DNA of 64,000 nucleotides from Alistipes senegalensis. Lineage in GTDB: Bacteria; Bacteroidota; Bacteroidia; Bacteroidales; Rikenellaceae. The stretch covers positions 87,524-151,523 of the forward strand of contig JAMPDE010000002.1 of assembly GCA_023665825.1 (NCBI GenBank). The letters are read 5' to 3'. Shown here piece after piece: positions 20,544 to 30,357 of the stretch. A program made the position numbers and the translations under genes. The number at the start of each line of letters is the position of its first letter. The first letter of the stretch is position 1. The notes below the pieces were generated by a model. The model was not told the origin of the DNA. It saw only the letters and a program-made list of their open reading frames with translations, and searched no databases.

Positions 20544-22523
20544 GTGATCGACAGGGAGACGATAGACCGTATTTATGCCGCCGCCAATATCGTGGAGATA
20601 ATCGGCGACTTCGTCACGCTCAAACGCAAGGGGGTGAACTACACGGCCTGCTGCCCGTTCCATAACGAGAAAACTCCGTCGTTCGTCGTTTCGCCCGCCA
20701 AAGGGCTTTACAAGTGTTTCGGGTGCGGTAAGGGCGGCAATGCCGTGACCTTCCTGATGGAGCACGAGAACGTCACCTATCCCGAAGCCTTGAAGATGGT
20801 GGCCAAGCGCTACGGCATCGAGGTGCACGAGAAAGAGCTGACCGAAGAGGAGATCCGCCGCAACGACGACCGCGAGTCGATGTTCGCCCTGAACGGTTGG
20901 GCGGCCGACTATTTTTCTAACATTCTGCATCACGACCCCGAAGGGATGAACGTGGGGATGTCCTATTTCCGTCAGAAGCGCGGCATGACCGATGCCACGA
21001 TTCTGAAATTCGGATTGGGTTTCTGTCCTGCGAAAGGAGACCGGATGTCGAAAGATGCGCTGGCCGCCGGTTACAAGGAGGAATTTTTGGTTTCGACGGG
21101 TCTTTCGCTTCGGCGCGAAAGCGACGGTTCGTTGTTCGACCGCTTCCGCGATCGCGTGATGTTTCCCGTGCACAACATTTCGGGCCGCATCGTGGCGTTC
21201 GGCGGGCGTACGCTCCGTACCGACAAGTCGGTCGCCAAATACCAGAACTCGCCCGAAAGCGAGATATACAGCAAAAAACGCGAACTCTACGGCCTCTATT
21301 TTGCGAAAAAAGCAATCCAGCAGCAGGATTTCGCCATTTTGGTCGAGGGGTATACCGACGTCATTTCGATGCACCAAGCCGGTGTCGAAAACGTCGTCGC
21401 TTCGTCGGGTACGTCGCTGACGACGGAGCAGATACGGTTGCTGAACCGTTTCACCAAGAACATCACGGTGATTTACGACGGCGACTCGGCCGGTATCCAT
21501 GCTTCGCTGCGCGGCATCGACATGATTCTGCGCGAGGGGATGAACGTGCGCGTCGTATTGCTGCCCGAACCCGAAGACCCGGATTCGTTCGCCCGCAGCC
21601 ATACGGCCGACGAGTTGCAGGCCTATATCCGCGAGAACGAGCAGGATTTTCTGGCGTTCAAGGCCCAGTTGCTGCTGAAAGATGCGCAGGGCGATCCGAT
21701 TCGCAAGGCGTCGCTTATCGGCGACATGGTGCAGTCTATTGCGCAGATACCCGACCCGATTCAGCGGTCGGTATATATAAAGGAGTGCGCCCGGACGATG
21801 GATATCGATGAGAATCTGTTGATTTCCGAAGTGGCGCGCAAACGGCTTTCTTCTACCGGCGACCGCGAAACGGACGAGTTCCTGCGCCGTCAGACTACCC
21901 GTATCCGCAGCGAAGCGGCACAGGAGGCAGCGGCCGAAACGGAATATCCGCGTCAGGTCGAGGCGGGCAGCAGCGTCGATGCGTTGGAACGCGAATTGCT
22001 CAAATACCTGCTCAAATACGGGCATCGGTCGTTCGAGTTCAAGGAGGGGCGCACGATGGTGCCCTGCAACGTGGCGCAGGTCATTTTCGACGAATTGGCC
22101 GACGGCGATTTGAAATTCCGCAATCCGGTCTATGAGAAAATCCGCGAAACCTATAAGGAACAATGGCAGCAGTCGGGCGTGGGAGCCGAAGTGCCGGATC
22201 GTTTTTTTCTGACCCACCCCGATCCGGAAGTGTGCAAGGTATCGGTCGATATTTTTTTCTCCGACAACTATGTAATCAGTCGGTTGTGGGTGCTCAAGGA
22301 GGTGCATATTGAGAGTGATGATGAAATATTGGCCGAAGGGGTTCCCAAAGCTGTAGTACTATATAAATCTAAGGTTCTTGATGGTTTGATTAAAGAGCAA
22401 CAAATGCGATTAGAGGAAGAATCAGCGACGGAGGAGACGATGGAAGACGCCTTACAACGCCTTTCCATGTTGAATAACGCTCGTGTGGCGATTGCGAAGA
22501 AGTTGAAGCGCTTGATATTGTAA
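20544..22523 (+). CDS. dnaG: DNA primase
   Basis: GTG start (MIDRETIDRI), CHC2 zinc finger CPFHNEKTPSF...CFGCG, KYQNSPES, Toprim VEGYTDV...YDGDSAG. Confidence 0.95.
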   Translation: MIDRETIDRIYAAANIVEIIGDFVTLKRKGVNYTACCPFHNEKTPSFVVSPAKGLYKCFGCGKGGNAVTFLMEHENVTYPEALKMVAKRYGIEVHEKELTEEEIRRNDDRESMFALNGWAADYFSNILHHDPEGMNVGMSYFRQKRGMTDATILKFGLGFCPAKGDRMSKDALAAGYKEEFLVSTGLSLRRESDGSLFDRFRDRVMFPVHNISGRIVAFGGRTLRTDKSVAKYQNSPESEIYSKKRELYGLYFAKKAIQQQDFAILVEGYTDVISMHQAGVENVVASSGTSLTTEQIRLLNRFTKNITVIYDGDSAGIHASLRGIDMILREGMNVRVVLLPEPEDPDSFARSHTADELQAYIRENEQDFLAFKAQLLLKDAQGDPIRKASLIGDMVQSIAQIPDPIQRSVYIKECARTMDIDENLLISEVARKRLSSTGDRETDEFLRRQTTRIRSEAAQEAAAETEYPRQVEAGSSVDALERELLKYLLKYGHRSFEFKEGRTMVPCNVAQVIFDELADGDLKFRNPVYEKIRETYKEQWQQSGVGAEVPDRFFLTHPDPEVCKVSVDIFFSDNYVISRLWVLKEVHIESDDEILAEGVPKAVVLYKSKVLDGLIKEQQMRLEEESATEETMEDALQRLSMLNNARVAIAKKLKRLIL

Positions 22524-22724
22524 GTGATTGCGTGGGCAACCGTTGGAAGTCTGAAAAAAAAGGGGCGGGCAATCGGGTCGTACACGCATCACTGCGCATA
22601 CTGTGTGCAAACAGAAAATAAACAGAAAGATGTGTAAAACATATCGAAGATAAGAATCAGTTACCTTGGACCGATTCCCGCCCCCGATGATGAAAAGTGC
22701 AATTTTTATGCCGTTTTTACCCGT

Positions 22725-23189
22725 ATGAGCGAACAGAAAAAGATCAATATCCGAAACAAACGGGCCACGTTCGATTACGAGATTCTCGAAGAGTGGGTCG
22801 CGGGCATCGTGCTGGTCGGTACCGAAATCAAGTCGATTCGGGTCGGCAAGGCGTCGATGACCGATTCGTTCTGTTATTTCGACAAGGGCGAATTGTGGAT
22901 TCGGGGGGTCAACATTTCGGAGTACGATTGGGGGACGTGCAACAACCACGTTCCGCGTCGCGACCGGAAACTGTTGCTGACCGCCCGTGAACTGATGAAA
23001 TTGCAGCGCTCCATGCAGGACAAGGGGCTGACCGTCGCCGGTCTGCGGCTCTTTCTGAACGAACGGGGGCTGGCGAAGGTCGTAATCGGGCTGGCGCGCG
23101 GCCGCAAATCCTACGACAAGCGTGAGTATCTGAAAGAGAACGACGCCCGCCGCGAAATGGACAAGGCAATGAAGAATTTTCGGAAATAG
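22725..23189 (+). CDS. smpB: SsrA-binding protein
   Basis: [38 protein letters not shown]. Confidence 0.96.
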   Translation: MSEQKKINIRNKRATFDYEILEEWVAGIVLVGTEIKSIRVGKASMTDSFCYFDKGELWIRGVNISEYDWGTCNNHVPRRDRKLLLTARELMKLQRSMQDKGLTVAGLRLFLNERGLAKVVIGLARGRKSYDKREYLKENDARREMDKAMKNFRK

Positions 23190-23200
23190 AAAAACGCGAT

Positions 23201-23908
23201 ATGTCTTTGATTTTGTCTATCGAAACCGGCACCGACGTTTGTTCGGTCGGCATCGCCAAAGAGGGCGAACTGCTTTCGTTGCGCGAGAGCGACGAGGGAC
23301 GCGACCATGCCCGCAAGGTGGGGGTGTTCGTCGATGAACTGCTGCGCGAAACGGGTATCGCGCCCGATGAACTGGATGCCGTAGCGGTCGGCAAGGGGCC
23401 CGGTTCCTATACCGGTCTGCGCATCGGCGTGTCGTTCGCCAAAGGGCTTTGTTACGGGTTGCAGAAACCGTTGCTGGCGGTCGGTTCGCTCGATTCGCTG
23501 GTCGAGGTGGCCCGCGAGGACTATGAAGCGGGCATTTTGCAGGTCGACGATTGGGAGCGGGCCGTGCTTTGCCCGATGGTCGACGCACGCCGCATGGAGG
23601 TCTACACGCAGTTGTTCGATGCTTTCGGACGGCCTTTGAACGAAGTTTCGGCGGAGGTGATAGACGACGGCAGTTTTGCTGCGCAGCGCGCCGGCGATCG
23701 GCCGTTCGTGATTTTTGGCAACGGTGCACGTAAGTGCGCGGAGGTGTTGGCCGGTGCGGTTTGCGTCGAGGTGACTCCGTCGGCTCGCGGATTGGTGCGT
23801 TTGGCGCAGCAGGCGTTGGGCGAGGGCCGCATCGAGGACATCGCCTATTTCGAGCCTTTTTATCTGAAAAATTTCGTCGCGACGACCTCGAAGAAAAAAC
23901 TGTTCTGA
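23201..23908 (+). CDS. tsaB: tRNA threonylcarbamoyladenosine biosynthesis protein TsaB
   Basis: ILSIETGT, GPGSYTGLRIG, DARRMEVY, FEPFYLK. Confidence 0.93.
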   Translation: MSLILSIETGTDVCSVGIAKEGELLSLRESDEGRDHARKVGVFVDELLRETGIAPDELDAVAVGKGPGSYTGLRIGVSFAKGLCYGLQKPLLAVGSLDSLVEVAREDYEAGILQVDDWERAVLCPMVDARRMEVYTQLFDAFGRPLNEVSAEVIDDGSFAAQRAGDRPFVIFGNGARKCAEVLAGAVCVEVTPSARGLVRLAQQALGEGRIEDIAYFEPFYLKNFVATTSKKKLF

Positions 23909-23967
23909 TTCGGACGGATTTTTTCTCCGGCCTATCTGCCTTGTGCTTACGATTGCATTTTGATGAA

Positions 23968-24537
23968 ATGACCCGCGAAGAGCTGACAGCCCGTTTGTCG
24001 GTGCCGCGTTATCTGGTTGATTTTGCCGAGCAGGTAGCCCGCGAGGTGTTGGCGGCCGATGCGGTCGGCATGCTTTACGCGTTGGCGACCGATTCGCACG
24101 ACGGATTATCGGCGGCGGTGCGTCATCGGTTGTATTTTCGGGCGGCGTACGTGCTGGAAAAGGTTTTCTTCGCGGCTCCCGAGCAGTTCGGCCCGTTCGT
24201 CGATGACTTTTTTCGGCGCGGGTTTCCGGCTTGTTCCGATGCCAGTGCCCGGCGGCATTTCGGGAAAATCATGGCTAATCTCTTACAGACGTACACCCCC
24301 GACGATGCGGTTCTTTCGCGCATCGCCGAATGTGCGGCTTCGTGGACGGTCGAACCGAAGACGAAAGCGGCGGTGCGGATTTGGTGCGTCGAAGTGTTGA
24401 GGCTTTGCCGTGACAAATGCGCGTGGGTCGATGAAATGTGGGACGATTTGCTTGCGACTTTGACATACGATGCTTCACCGGCTATCGCGGCACGGATGCG
24501 CAACGGTTGGAAAAAGGATCGTTCGTCGGGCGAATAA
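23968..24537 (+). CDS. Hypothetical helical-repeat protein
   Basis: Start MTREELTARL inside ORF 23734..24537. Helical pattern (FRAAYVLEKV). Codon usage resembles neighbouring genes. Confidence 0.65.
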   Translation: MTREELTARLSVPRYLVDFAEQVAREVLAADAVGMLYALATDSHDGLSAAVRHRLYFRAAYVLEKVFFAAPEQFGPFVDDFFRRGFPACSDASARRHFGKIMANLLQTYTPDDAVLSRIAECAASWTVEPKTKAAVRIWCVEVLRLCRDKCAWVDEMWDDLLATLTYDASPAIAARMRNGWKKDRSSGE

Positions 24538-24544
24538 GTCCGTT

Positions 24545-25900
24545 TCAGTTTTCCGTATCGTCGTTTCCGGTCGGAAGCACGTCTTCTTCCGGCATCTCGC
24601 TGCCAGCTTCATCGAGCATGCGGGCGGAGAATTGCTTTTTGCTTTGCAGTCGGGCTGTTTTTTGCAGTCGCATGCCGACCCGCACGATGTTATCGTTCCC
24701 CGTGCAAAGCCGTTTGCGGGCATCTTCGTAGGCGTCGCGGGCTTTGTCGAGTGCCGCGCCGACCCCTTCGAGCGAGGTTGAGAATGCCGCCGCTTGTTCG
24801 TAGAGTTTCAATGCGCAGGTGGCTATTTCGCGTGTGTTCTTGTCCTGTGCATGGTATTTCCAAAGGTCTGCGACTAATTTCAGCAATGCGAACAGATTGG
24901 TCGGCGACGAGATGATAACCTTCTTGTCGTAGGCGTCGCTCCAAATGGCCGAATCGGCTTTCAGTGCCTCCAAAAAGGCCGGTTCGTTGGGGATGAAGAG
25001 GATAACGAAGTCCGGCGAATTGAACTGCCGCTGATAATCCTTGCGCCCCAGTTCGGTGACGTGCTGGCGCACCGATGCGACGTGTGCCGCCAGATGACGC
25101 TGGCGCTCGGCTTCATCGGTGGCCGAAGTATAGGCCACGAAAGCGGTAAGCGACACTTTCGAGTCGATGACGATCTCCTTTTTTTCGGGCAGGCGGAGCA
25201 CTACGTCGGGCCGCAGGTTGCGCCCTTCCTCGTCCTTGACGTTGTATTGCGTCTCGTAGTGGATGCCTTTCGTGAGGGCAGAGCTGTCGAGGATGGTCTC
25301 CAATAGCATTTCGCCCCAGTCACCCTGCACTTTCGAGTTGCCTTTCAGCGCATTGGTCAGATTGACCGTTTCGGCCGTGATGCGGTGGTTGAGCTCCATC
25401 AGGTTTTTGAGTTCCGCTTTCAGCTCGCCGCGCTGCGAGGTCTGCACGGTGTAGATCTCCTCGACCCGTTTGCGGAAGTCGGTCAGATTGTCCCGAAACG
25501 GTTTTATTAAGAGCTCGATTGCGTCGCTGTTGGTTTTGCGGAGGTGTTGCGACTGTTCGCCGAGAATTTCATTCGCCAAATTGCGGAATTGCAGTCGGAG
25601 CGTTTCTTCATTTTTTTCGCGTTCCTGCCGTTCTGCCTCGCGCTGTTCGTCCGTTTTGCGGCGCATGGCGGCGATTTCGGCTTCGGATGCGGCTTTCAGT
25701 GCAGCCAATTCTGCGGTCGTGCGGGCGTGTTCTTCCAACAGCCGGCGGATTTCCGCTTCGGCGGCTATGCGCGTTTCGTCTGCCGCCGTTTTTTCGTTCC
25801 GCAAGCGTTCTTTTTCGCTCCGTTGGAAATAGAGGGCGGCACCCAGCACCGCCGAAACGGCTCCGAGAACGACCGTTATCCCGATATATATGCTCTCCAT
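24545..25900 (-). CDS. rmuC: DNA recombination protein RmuC
   Basis: N-terminal TM, coiled coil, QGDWGEMLLE, RPDVVLRLP..IVIDSKVSL, SPTNLFALL. Confidence 0.93.
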   Translation of the reverse strand: MESIYIGITVVLGAVSAVLGAALYFQRSEKERLRNEKTAADETRIAAEAEIRRLLEEHARTTAELAALKAASEAEIAAMRRKTDEQREAERQEREKNEETLRLQFRNLANEILGEQSQHLRKTNSDAIELLIKPFRDNLTDFRKRVEEIYTVQTSQRGELKAELKNLMELNHRITAETVNLTNALKGNSKVQGDWGEMLLETILDSSALTKGIHYETQYNVKDEEGRNLRPDVVLRLPEKKEIVIDSKVSLTAFVAYTSATDEAERQRHLAAHVASVRQHVTELGRKDYQRQFNSPDFVILFIPNEPAFLEALKADSAIWSDAYDKKVIISSPTNLFALLKLVADLWKYHAQDKNTREIATCALKLYEQAAAFSTSLEGVGAALDKARDAYEDARKRLCTGNDNIVRVGMRLQKTARLQSKKQFSARMLDEAGSEMPEEDVLPTGNDDTEN

Positions 25901-25922
25901 AACGGCAAATTTAGCGATTATT

Positions 25923-26039
25923 TTTGGTTCTGCACGCGGCTTGCTCTATCTTTGAGAAAATGAATTTCTCTTAGATAGGCTGCGCCTCGGCAAAATGCAA
26001 ATATGGATTTGCTTTTGCGCTCGGCTTGCGCTATCTTTG
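25923..26039 (+). repeat. Intergenic element made of two 32-bp direct repeats, each a TTTG-N20-TATCTTTG promoter
   Basis: 25923-25954 TTTGGTTCTGCACGCGGCTTGCTCTATCTTTG and 26008-26039 TTTGCTTTTGCGCTCGGCTTGCGCTATCTTTG. Confidence 0.75.
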
Positions 26040-26059
26040 CGGAACAAGCAACGGATTCC

Positions 26060-26710
26060 ATGCAACGTATTCTCGCTCCTTCGATTCTCTCGGCCGATTT
26101 CGGACACCTCGACCATGTTGTCCGCATGCTCGACCGCAGTGCCGCCGAGTGGGTGCATATCGACGTGATGGACGGCGTGTTCGTGCCTAACATTTCGTTC
26201 GGATTTCCTGTATTGAAAGCTGTGCGCAAGGTGACCCGGAAGGTGCTGGACGTGCATCTGATGATTGTCGAGCCGGAGCGTTATGTGCGGCGTTTCGCCG
26301 AAGCGGGAGCCGACATGGTGACGTTCCACCTCGAAGCGTGCGCCGACCCTGCGCGCTGCATCGCCTCGATTCGCGAGAGCGGAGCCCGTGTCGGAATTAC
26401 CATTAAACCCGCCACGCCGGTCGAATCCCTGCGCGAGTGGCTGCCTGCGGTCGATATGGTGTTGATCATGAGCGTCGAGCCCGGATTCGGCGGGCAGGAA
26501 TTCATCCCTGCGTCATTCGACAAAATCCGCGCCCTGCGCCGCATGGCGGCCGAATCGAATCCGGCGTTGCTGGTCGAGGTCGACGGCGGCATCACGCGGC
26601 AGAACGCGCCGGAGGTCTATGCGGCTGGTGCCGATGTGCTGGTGGCGGGAAATGCCGTCTTCGGGGCCGAAGACCCCGAACGGGCGATTGCGGAGTTGCT
26701 GGGCAGATAG
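26060..26710 (+). CDS. rpe: Ribulose-phosphate 3-epimerase
   Basis: APSILSADF, HIDVMDGVFVPN, DVHLMI, MSVEPGFGGQ, VDGG. Confidence 0.96.
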   Translation: MQRILAPSILSADFGHLDHVVRMLDRSAAEWVHIDVMDGVFVPNISFGFPVLKAVRKVTRKVLDVHLMIVEPERYVRRFAEAGADMVTFHLEACADPARCIASIRESGARVGITIKPATPVESLREWLPAVDMVLIMSVEPGFGGQEFIPASFDKIRALRRMAAESNPALLVEVDGGITRQNAPEVYAAGADVLVAGNAVFGAEDPERAIAELLGR

Positions 26711-26768
26711 GCAGGGGTTCTGACCTGCGTTCGACGAGTGCTCTTTTAATGACAATTTTAATGAATAT

Positions 26769-28733
26769 ATGATTTCACTCGATAATTTGACGGTCAGTTA
26801 TGGCGGTTGGACGTTGTTTGACAACATTTCGTTTCTGATCAATCCGAAAGACCGCATCGGGCTCGTCGGGAAGAACGGGGCCGGAAAAACGACCTTGCTG
26901 CGTATCATCACGGGCGAACAGCAACCTACTTCGGGTGCCGTGACGATCAACGGCGAATGTTCGGTCGGGTATCTGCCCCAGCAGATGCGTGTGCACGACA
27001 CGACGACGCTGGTCGAGGAGACGGCCAAAGCGTTCGAGGAGGTTTTGCGCCTCGAAGCCGAAATCGACCGGCTGACCCGCGAAATCGCCGAACGGACGGA
27101 CTACGAGAGTGCCGCCTATGAACAATTGATTCACCGGCTAAACGACGCGCAGGATCACTATCATATTCTGGGCGGCGAAACGCGCGATGCCGACATCGAA
27201 AAAACGCTGCTCGGATTGGGGTTCAAGCGCGAGGATTTCGGCCGTGCGACGAGCGAGTTCTCGGGCGGTTGGCGCATGCGTATCGAACTGGCCAAGTTGC
27301 TGTTGCGGCGGCCGTCGATTTTTCTGCTCGACGAGCCGACCAACCACCTCGACATCGAATCCATCCAGTGGCTCGAAGAGTATCTGCGCAACTACAATGG
27401 GGCTGTGCTGTTGATTTCGCACGACCGTGCCTTTTTGGACAATGTAACGAACCGCACGGTCGAACTCTCGCTGGGGCATATCACCGATTACAAGGTGCCT
27501 TATTCCAAATATGTCGTCTTGCGCGCCGAGCGGCGGGCGCAGCAGCTGGCGGCCTACGAAAACCAGCAGCGGATGATCGAGAAAACCGAAGAGTTTATCG
27601 AGAAGTTCCGTTATAAACCGACCAAATCCAATCAGGTGCAGTCGCGCATCAAGCAGTTGGAAAAACTGGAACGCTTGGAGATCGAGGAGGAGGATTTGGC
27701 GACGCTCAACATCAAATTTCCGCCTGCGCCCCGTTCGGGGCAGGTGGTCGCCGAAGTCAATGAGGTGGGCATGTCGTTCGGGGCGAAGCACGTGTTCAGT
27801 GGCGCGAATTTCGTCGTCGAAAAGGGCGACCGCATCGCGCTGGTCGGGCGTAACGGCGAGGGCAAAACCACGCTGGCCCGCATGTTGGTAGGGCAGCTGA
27901 CGCCGACGGAGGGTTCGGTGCGCATCGGTGCCAATGTCAATATCGGTTATTATGCGCAGAATCAGGATGATCTGATGGACGGTGAGTTCACCGTCTACGA
28001 TACGCTCGACCGTGTGGCGGTGGGGGACATCCGCACCCGTCTGCGCGATATTCTCGGGGCATTCCTCTTTCGCGGCGAGGATATCGACAAGAAAGTCAAG
28101 GTGCTCTCGGGCGGTGAGCGGGCGCGGCTGGCGATGGCTCGCATGATGCTCGAACCGCGCAACCTGCTGGTGCTCGACGAGCCCACGAATCACATGGATA
28201 TGCGCTCGAAAGATATTCTGAAAAGCGCCATTATGAAGTACGACGGTACGGTCGTGGTCGTGTCGCACGACCGCGAATTTCTCGACGGCATGGTCGACAA
28301 GGTTTACGAGTTCCGCGACGGCGGCGTGCGCGAGTACTTGGGCGGTATTTATTACTTCCTCGAAAAACGCAAACTGGAATCGTTGCACGAGTTGGAGCGG
28401 CGTGACACTTCGTCCGGCAAGTCGGTTCCAACAGCCGCCAAGTCGAAAGAAAAACTCCCTGTGGAGGCATCGTCCGGCAGCGGCAAACTCTCTTACGAAC
28501 AGAAAAAGGAGCAGGAAAAGCTGTTGCGCAAACTGCGCAAGGCGGTGGAGGTCATCGAAACCGATTTGGCCGACATCGAGCGGCAAATCGCGGCGTATGA
28601 TGCCAAATTCGCGTCGGCAACCGCCTACGACGAAGCCGACTACAAGGCCTACAATGAACTGAAAACCCGCTACGACCATCAGATGCACGAATGGGAAAAG
28701 GCGTCGTACGAATTGGAAATCACGGAATCATGA
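26769..28733 (+). CDS. ABC-F family ATP-binding protein
   Basis: Two ABC domains (GKNGAGKTT/FSGGWRMR/LDEPTNHLD and GRNGEGKTT/LSGGERAR/LDEPTNHMD), no TM segments, C-terminal coiled coil. Confidence 0.93.
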   Translation: MISLDNLTVSYGGWTLFDNISFLINPKDRIGLVGKNGAGKTTLLRIITGEQQPTSGAVTINGECSVGYLPQQMRVHDTTTLVEETAKAFEEVLRLEAEIDRLTREIAERTDYESAAYEQLIHRLNDAQDHYHILGGETRDADIEKTLLGLGFKREDFGRATSEFSGGWRMRIELAKLLLRRPSIFLLDEPTNHLDIESIQWLEEYLRNYNGAVLLISHDRAFLDNVTNRTVELSLGHITDYKVPYSKYVVLRAERRAQQLAAYENQQRMIEKTEEFIEKFRYKPTKSNQVQSRIKQLEKLERLEIEEEDLATLNIKFPPAPRSGQVVAEVNEVGMSFGAKHVFSGANFVVEKGDRIALVGRNGEGKTTLARMLVGQLTPTEGSVRIGANVNIGYYAQNQDDLMDGEFTVYDTLDRVAVGDIRTRLRDILGAFLFRGEDIDKKVKVLSGGERARLAMARMMLEPRNLLVLDEPTNHMDMRSKDILKSAIMKYDGTVVVVSHDREFLDGMVDKVYEFRDGGVREYLGGIYYFLEKRKLESLHELERRDTSSGKSVPTAAKSKEKLPVEASSGSGKLSYEQKKEQEKLLRKLRKAVEVIETDLADIERQIAAYDAKFASATAYDEADYKAYNELKTRYDHQMHEWEKASYELEITES

Positions 28734-29536
28734 ATCAGCGAATGAAATCATTGCCGCGATACGGTTTTTTGCCGCTCTTTGTCGTCTGTGTTTGTGCCGG
28801 ATGCTTCGGCGGACGTCCGAATTCGCAGCTTTCCGAATCGGTCGATGCGGTTGATACCGTTCGCCGATTCGATTCGCTGTTTTTTGCGGCGGATTGTTCT
28901 GAATATACGGGTTATTTCGGAGCCGGTACCCGTAGCAAGGCGGCTTTGGATAATATCCGAAGGGTGATTTTTGAAACTCCCGTGTGCAATGTTCCGTTGG
29001 ACGGTTGCACCGATTGCGATGCAGCCCGACGTTTGCAGGTGCACGCGCTCGACAGCCTCCGGTCGTTGGCATGGCTCGACGGTGAGTTGTGGACCGAAAT
29101 GCGTGCCTTGTTTCTCGAATGGGCCGAACGGCAGTTCGATCGGGATTATATCGTTTTTCGCAGTCGTCGCGAGCCTGCGTTTTTGTACGATTGTTCCGAG
29201 TGCGATTCGGTCATTCGCCATTGTGCGGATGTGCTTACGGGGCCCGCTGACCGCTTCGTCGACGAGGTGCGCCGGTATTGGAAAGCGCAGGGGCGTACCC
29301 TTTTCGCTCGTGACAGCAATTCGCTGAACAATCATTTGGCCTATGTCGATGCCCGATTGAATACGCCGGACAGTCTCCGCGAGGCGCGCGAAGCGTTGTT
29401 CCGCTTGTTGAGCAACCACCTCAATCATCGCATTCACCAGCGTCTCGGTACGAACGGCGCGGTCGATTTCGGTATCTATGAATCCGCTTTCTTGCAGTCG
29501 TTCGACAGCGTGCACGTCGAAACTTGGGAGCCTTGA
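28730..29536 (+). CDS. Hypothetical lipoprotein
   Basis: MNQRMKSLPRYGFLPLFVVCVCAGC lipobox. ATGA overlap with the ABC-F stop. Confidence 0.7.
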   Translation: MNQRMKSLPRYGFLPLFVVCVCAGCFGGRPNSQLSESVDAVDTVRRFDSLFFAADCSEYTGYFGAGTRSKAALDNIRRVIFETPVCNVPLDGCTDCDAARRLQVHALDSLRSLAWLDGELWTEMRALFLEWAERQFDRDYIVFRSRREPAFLYDCSECDSVIRHCADVLTGPADRFVDEVRRYWKAQGRTLFARDSNSLNNHLAYVDARLNTPDSLREAREALFRLLSNHLNHRIHQRLGTNGAVDFGIYESAFLQSFDSVHVETWEP

Positions 29537-29556
29537 ACGAAAAACAAACGAAATAT

Positions 29557-30291
29557 ATGACAGACAATCTGATATTCGGCATCCGACCCGTAGCCGAAGC
29601 GGTCGAGGCGGGCCGGCAAATTGAAAAACTCTACATCCGCAAGGGGGCTGAAGGCCAACTGATGCAGGAACTGAAAGACCTTTGTACGCGTCATCGGTTG
29701 CGATGGCAGGAGGTGCCGGTGGAGAAACTCAACCGCCTGACGCGTGGTAATCATCAGGGCGTGGTGGCGCAAATGGCCGCTATCGACTACGTGGAATTGG
29801 CCGATATTCTCGAACGGGTGCCCGACGATGAAACGCCGTTGGTCGTGGTTTTCGACGGGGTTACCGACGTGCGGAATTTCGGGGCTATCGCTCGTTCGGC
29901 CGAGTGCGCCGGAGCGCACGGACTGATTACGCCGCTGAAAAACTCTGCGCCCGTCAATGCTGAAGCTATCCGCTCGTCGGCCGGTGCGCTGACCTCGATT
30001 CCCGTTTGTCGTGTAGGCTCTGTTCGCAATACGCTGAAGCAGTTGCAGGCGGAGGGGTTCCAATTGGTGGCAGCGACCGAAAAAAGCCGCAAACTGCTCT
30101 ACGATGCCGATTTCCGCAAGCCGACAGCTCTTGTCATGGGCGCCGAAGATACGGGTATCTCGAAAGAGGTGCTGAAATTGTGCGACGAACAATTGGCCAT
30201 TCCGCTTATCGGTCATATCGAGTCGCTCAACGTGTCGGCGGCAGCCGCCGTGATGTTGTTCGAGGTCGTGCGGCAGCGCATCGGGGAATAA
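29557..30291 (+). CDS. rlmB: 23S rRNA (guanosine-2'-O) methyltransferase RlmB (SPOUT)
   Basis: NHQGVVA, DVRNFGAIARSA, MGAEDTG, IESLNVSAAA. Confidence 0.92.
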   Translation: MTDNLIFGIRPVAEAVEAGRQIEKLYIRKGAEGQLMQELKDLCTRHRLRWQEVPVEKLNRLTRGNHQGVVAQMAAIDYVELADILERVPDDETPLVVVFDGVTDVRNFGAIARSAECAGAHGLITPLKNSAPVNAEAIRSSAGALTSIPVCRVGSVRNTLKQLQAEGFQLVAATEKSRKLLYDADFRKPTALVMGAEDTGISKEVLKLCDEQLAIPLIGHIESLNVSAAAAVMLFEVVRQRIGE

Positions 30292-30357
30292 AGGGGAATA
30301 AATGCGTGATAAGCCCGAAACGGATTCGGGTATTTTCATCGGAAAACGTTTTTTGTC

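Noticed and set aside
25918-26329. Minus-strand ORFs 25918..26229 and 25946..26329
   Set aside because: They are composites of rpe antisense sequence and the non-coding promoter repeat.
26769-28733. ABC-F as an antibiotic-resistance (ribosomal protection) gene
   Set aside because: Housekeeping context, host-like codon usage and no mobile signatures. It cannot be called ARE-type from sequence alone.
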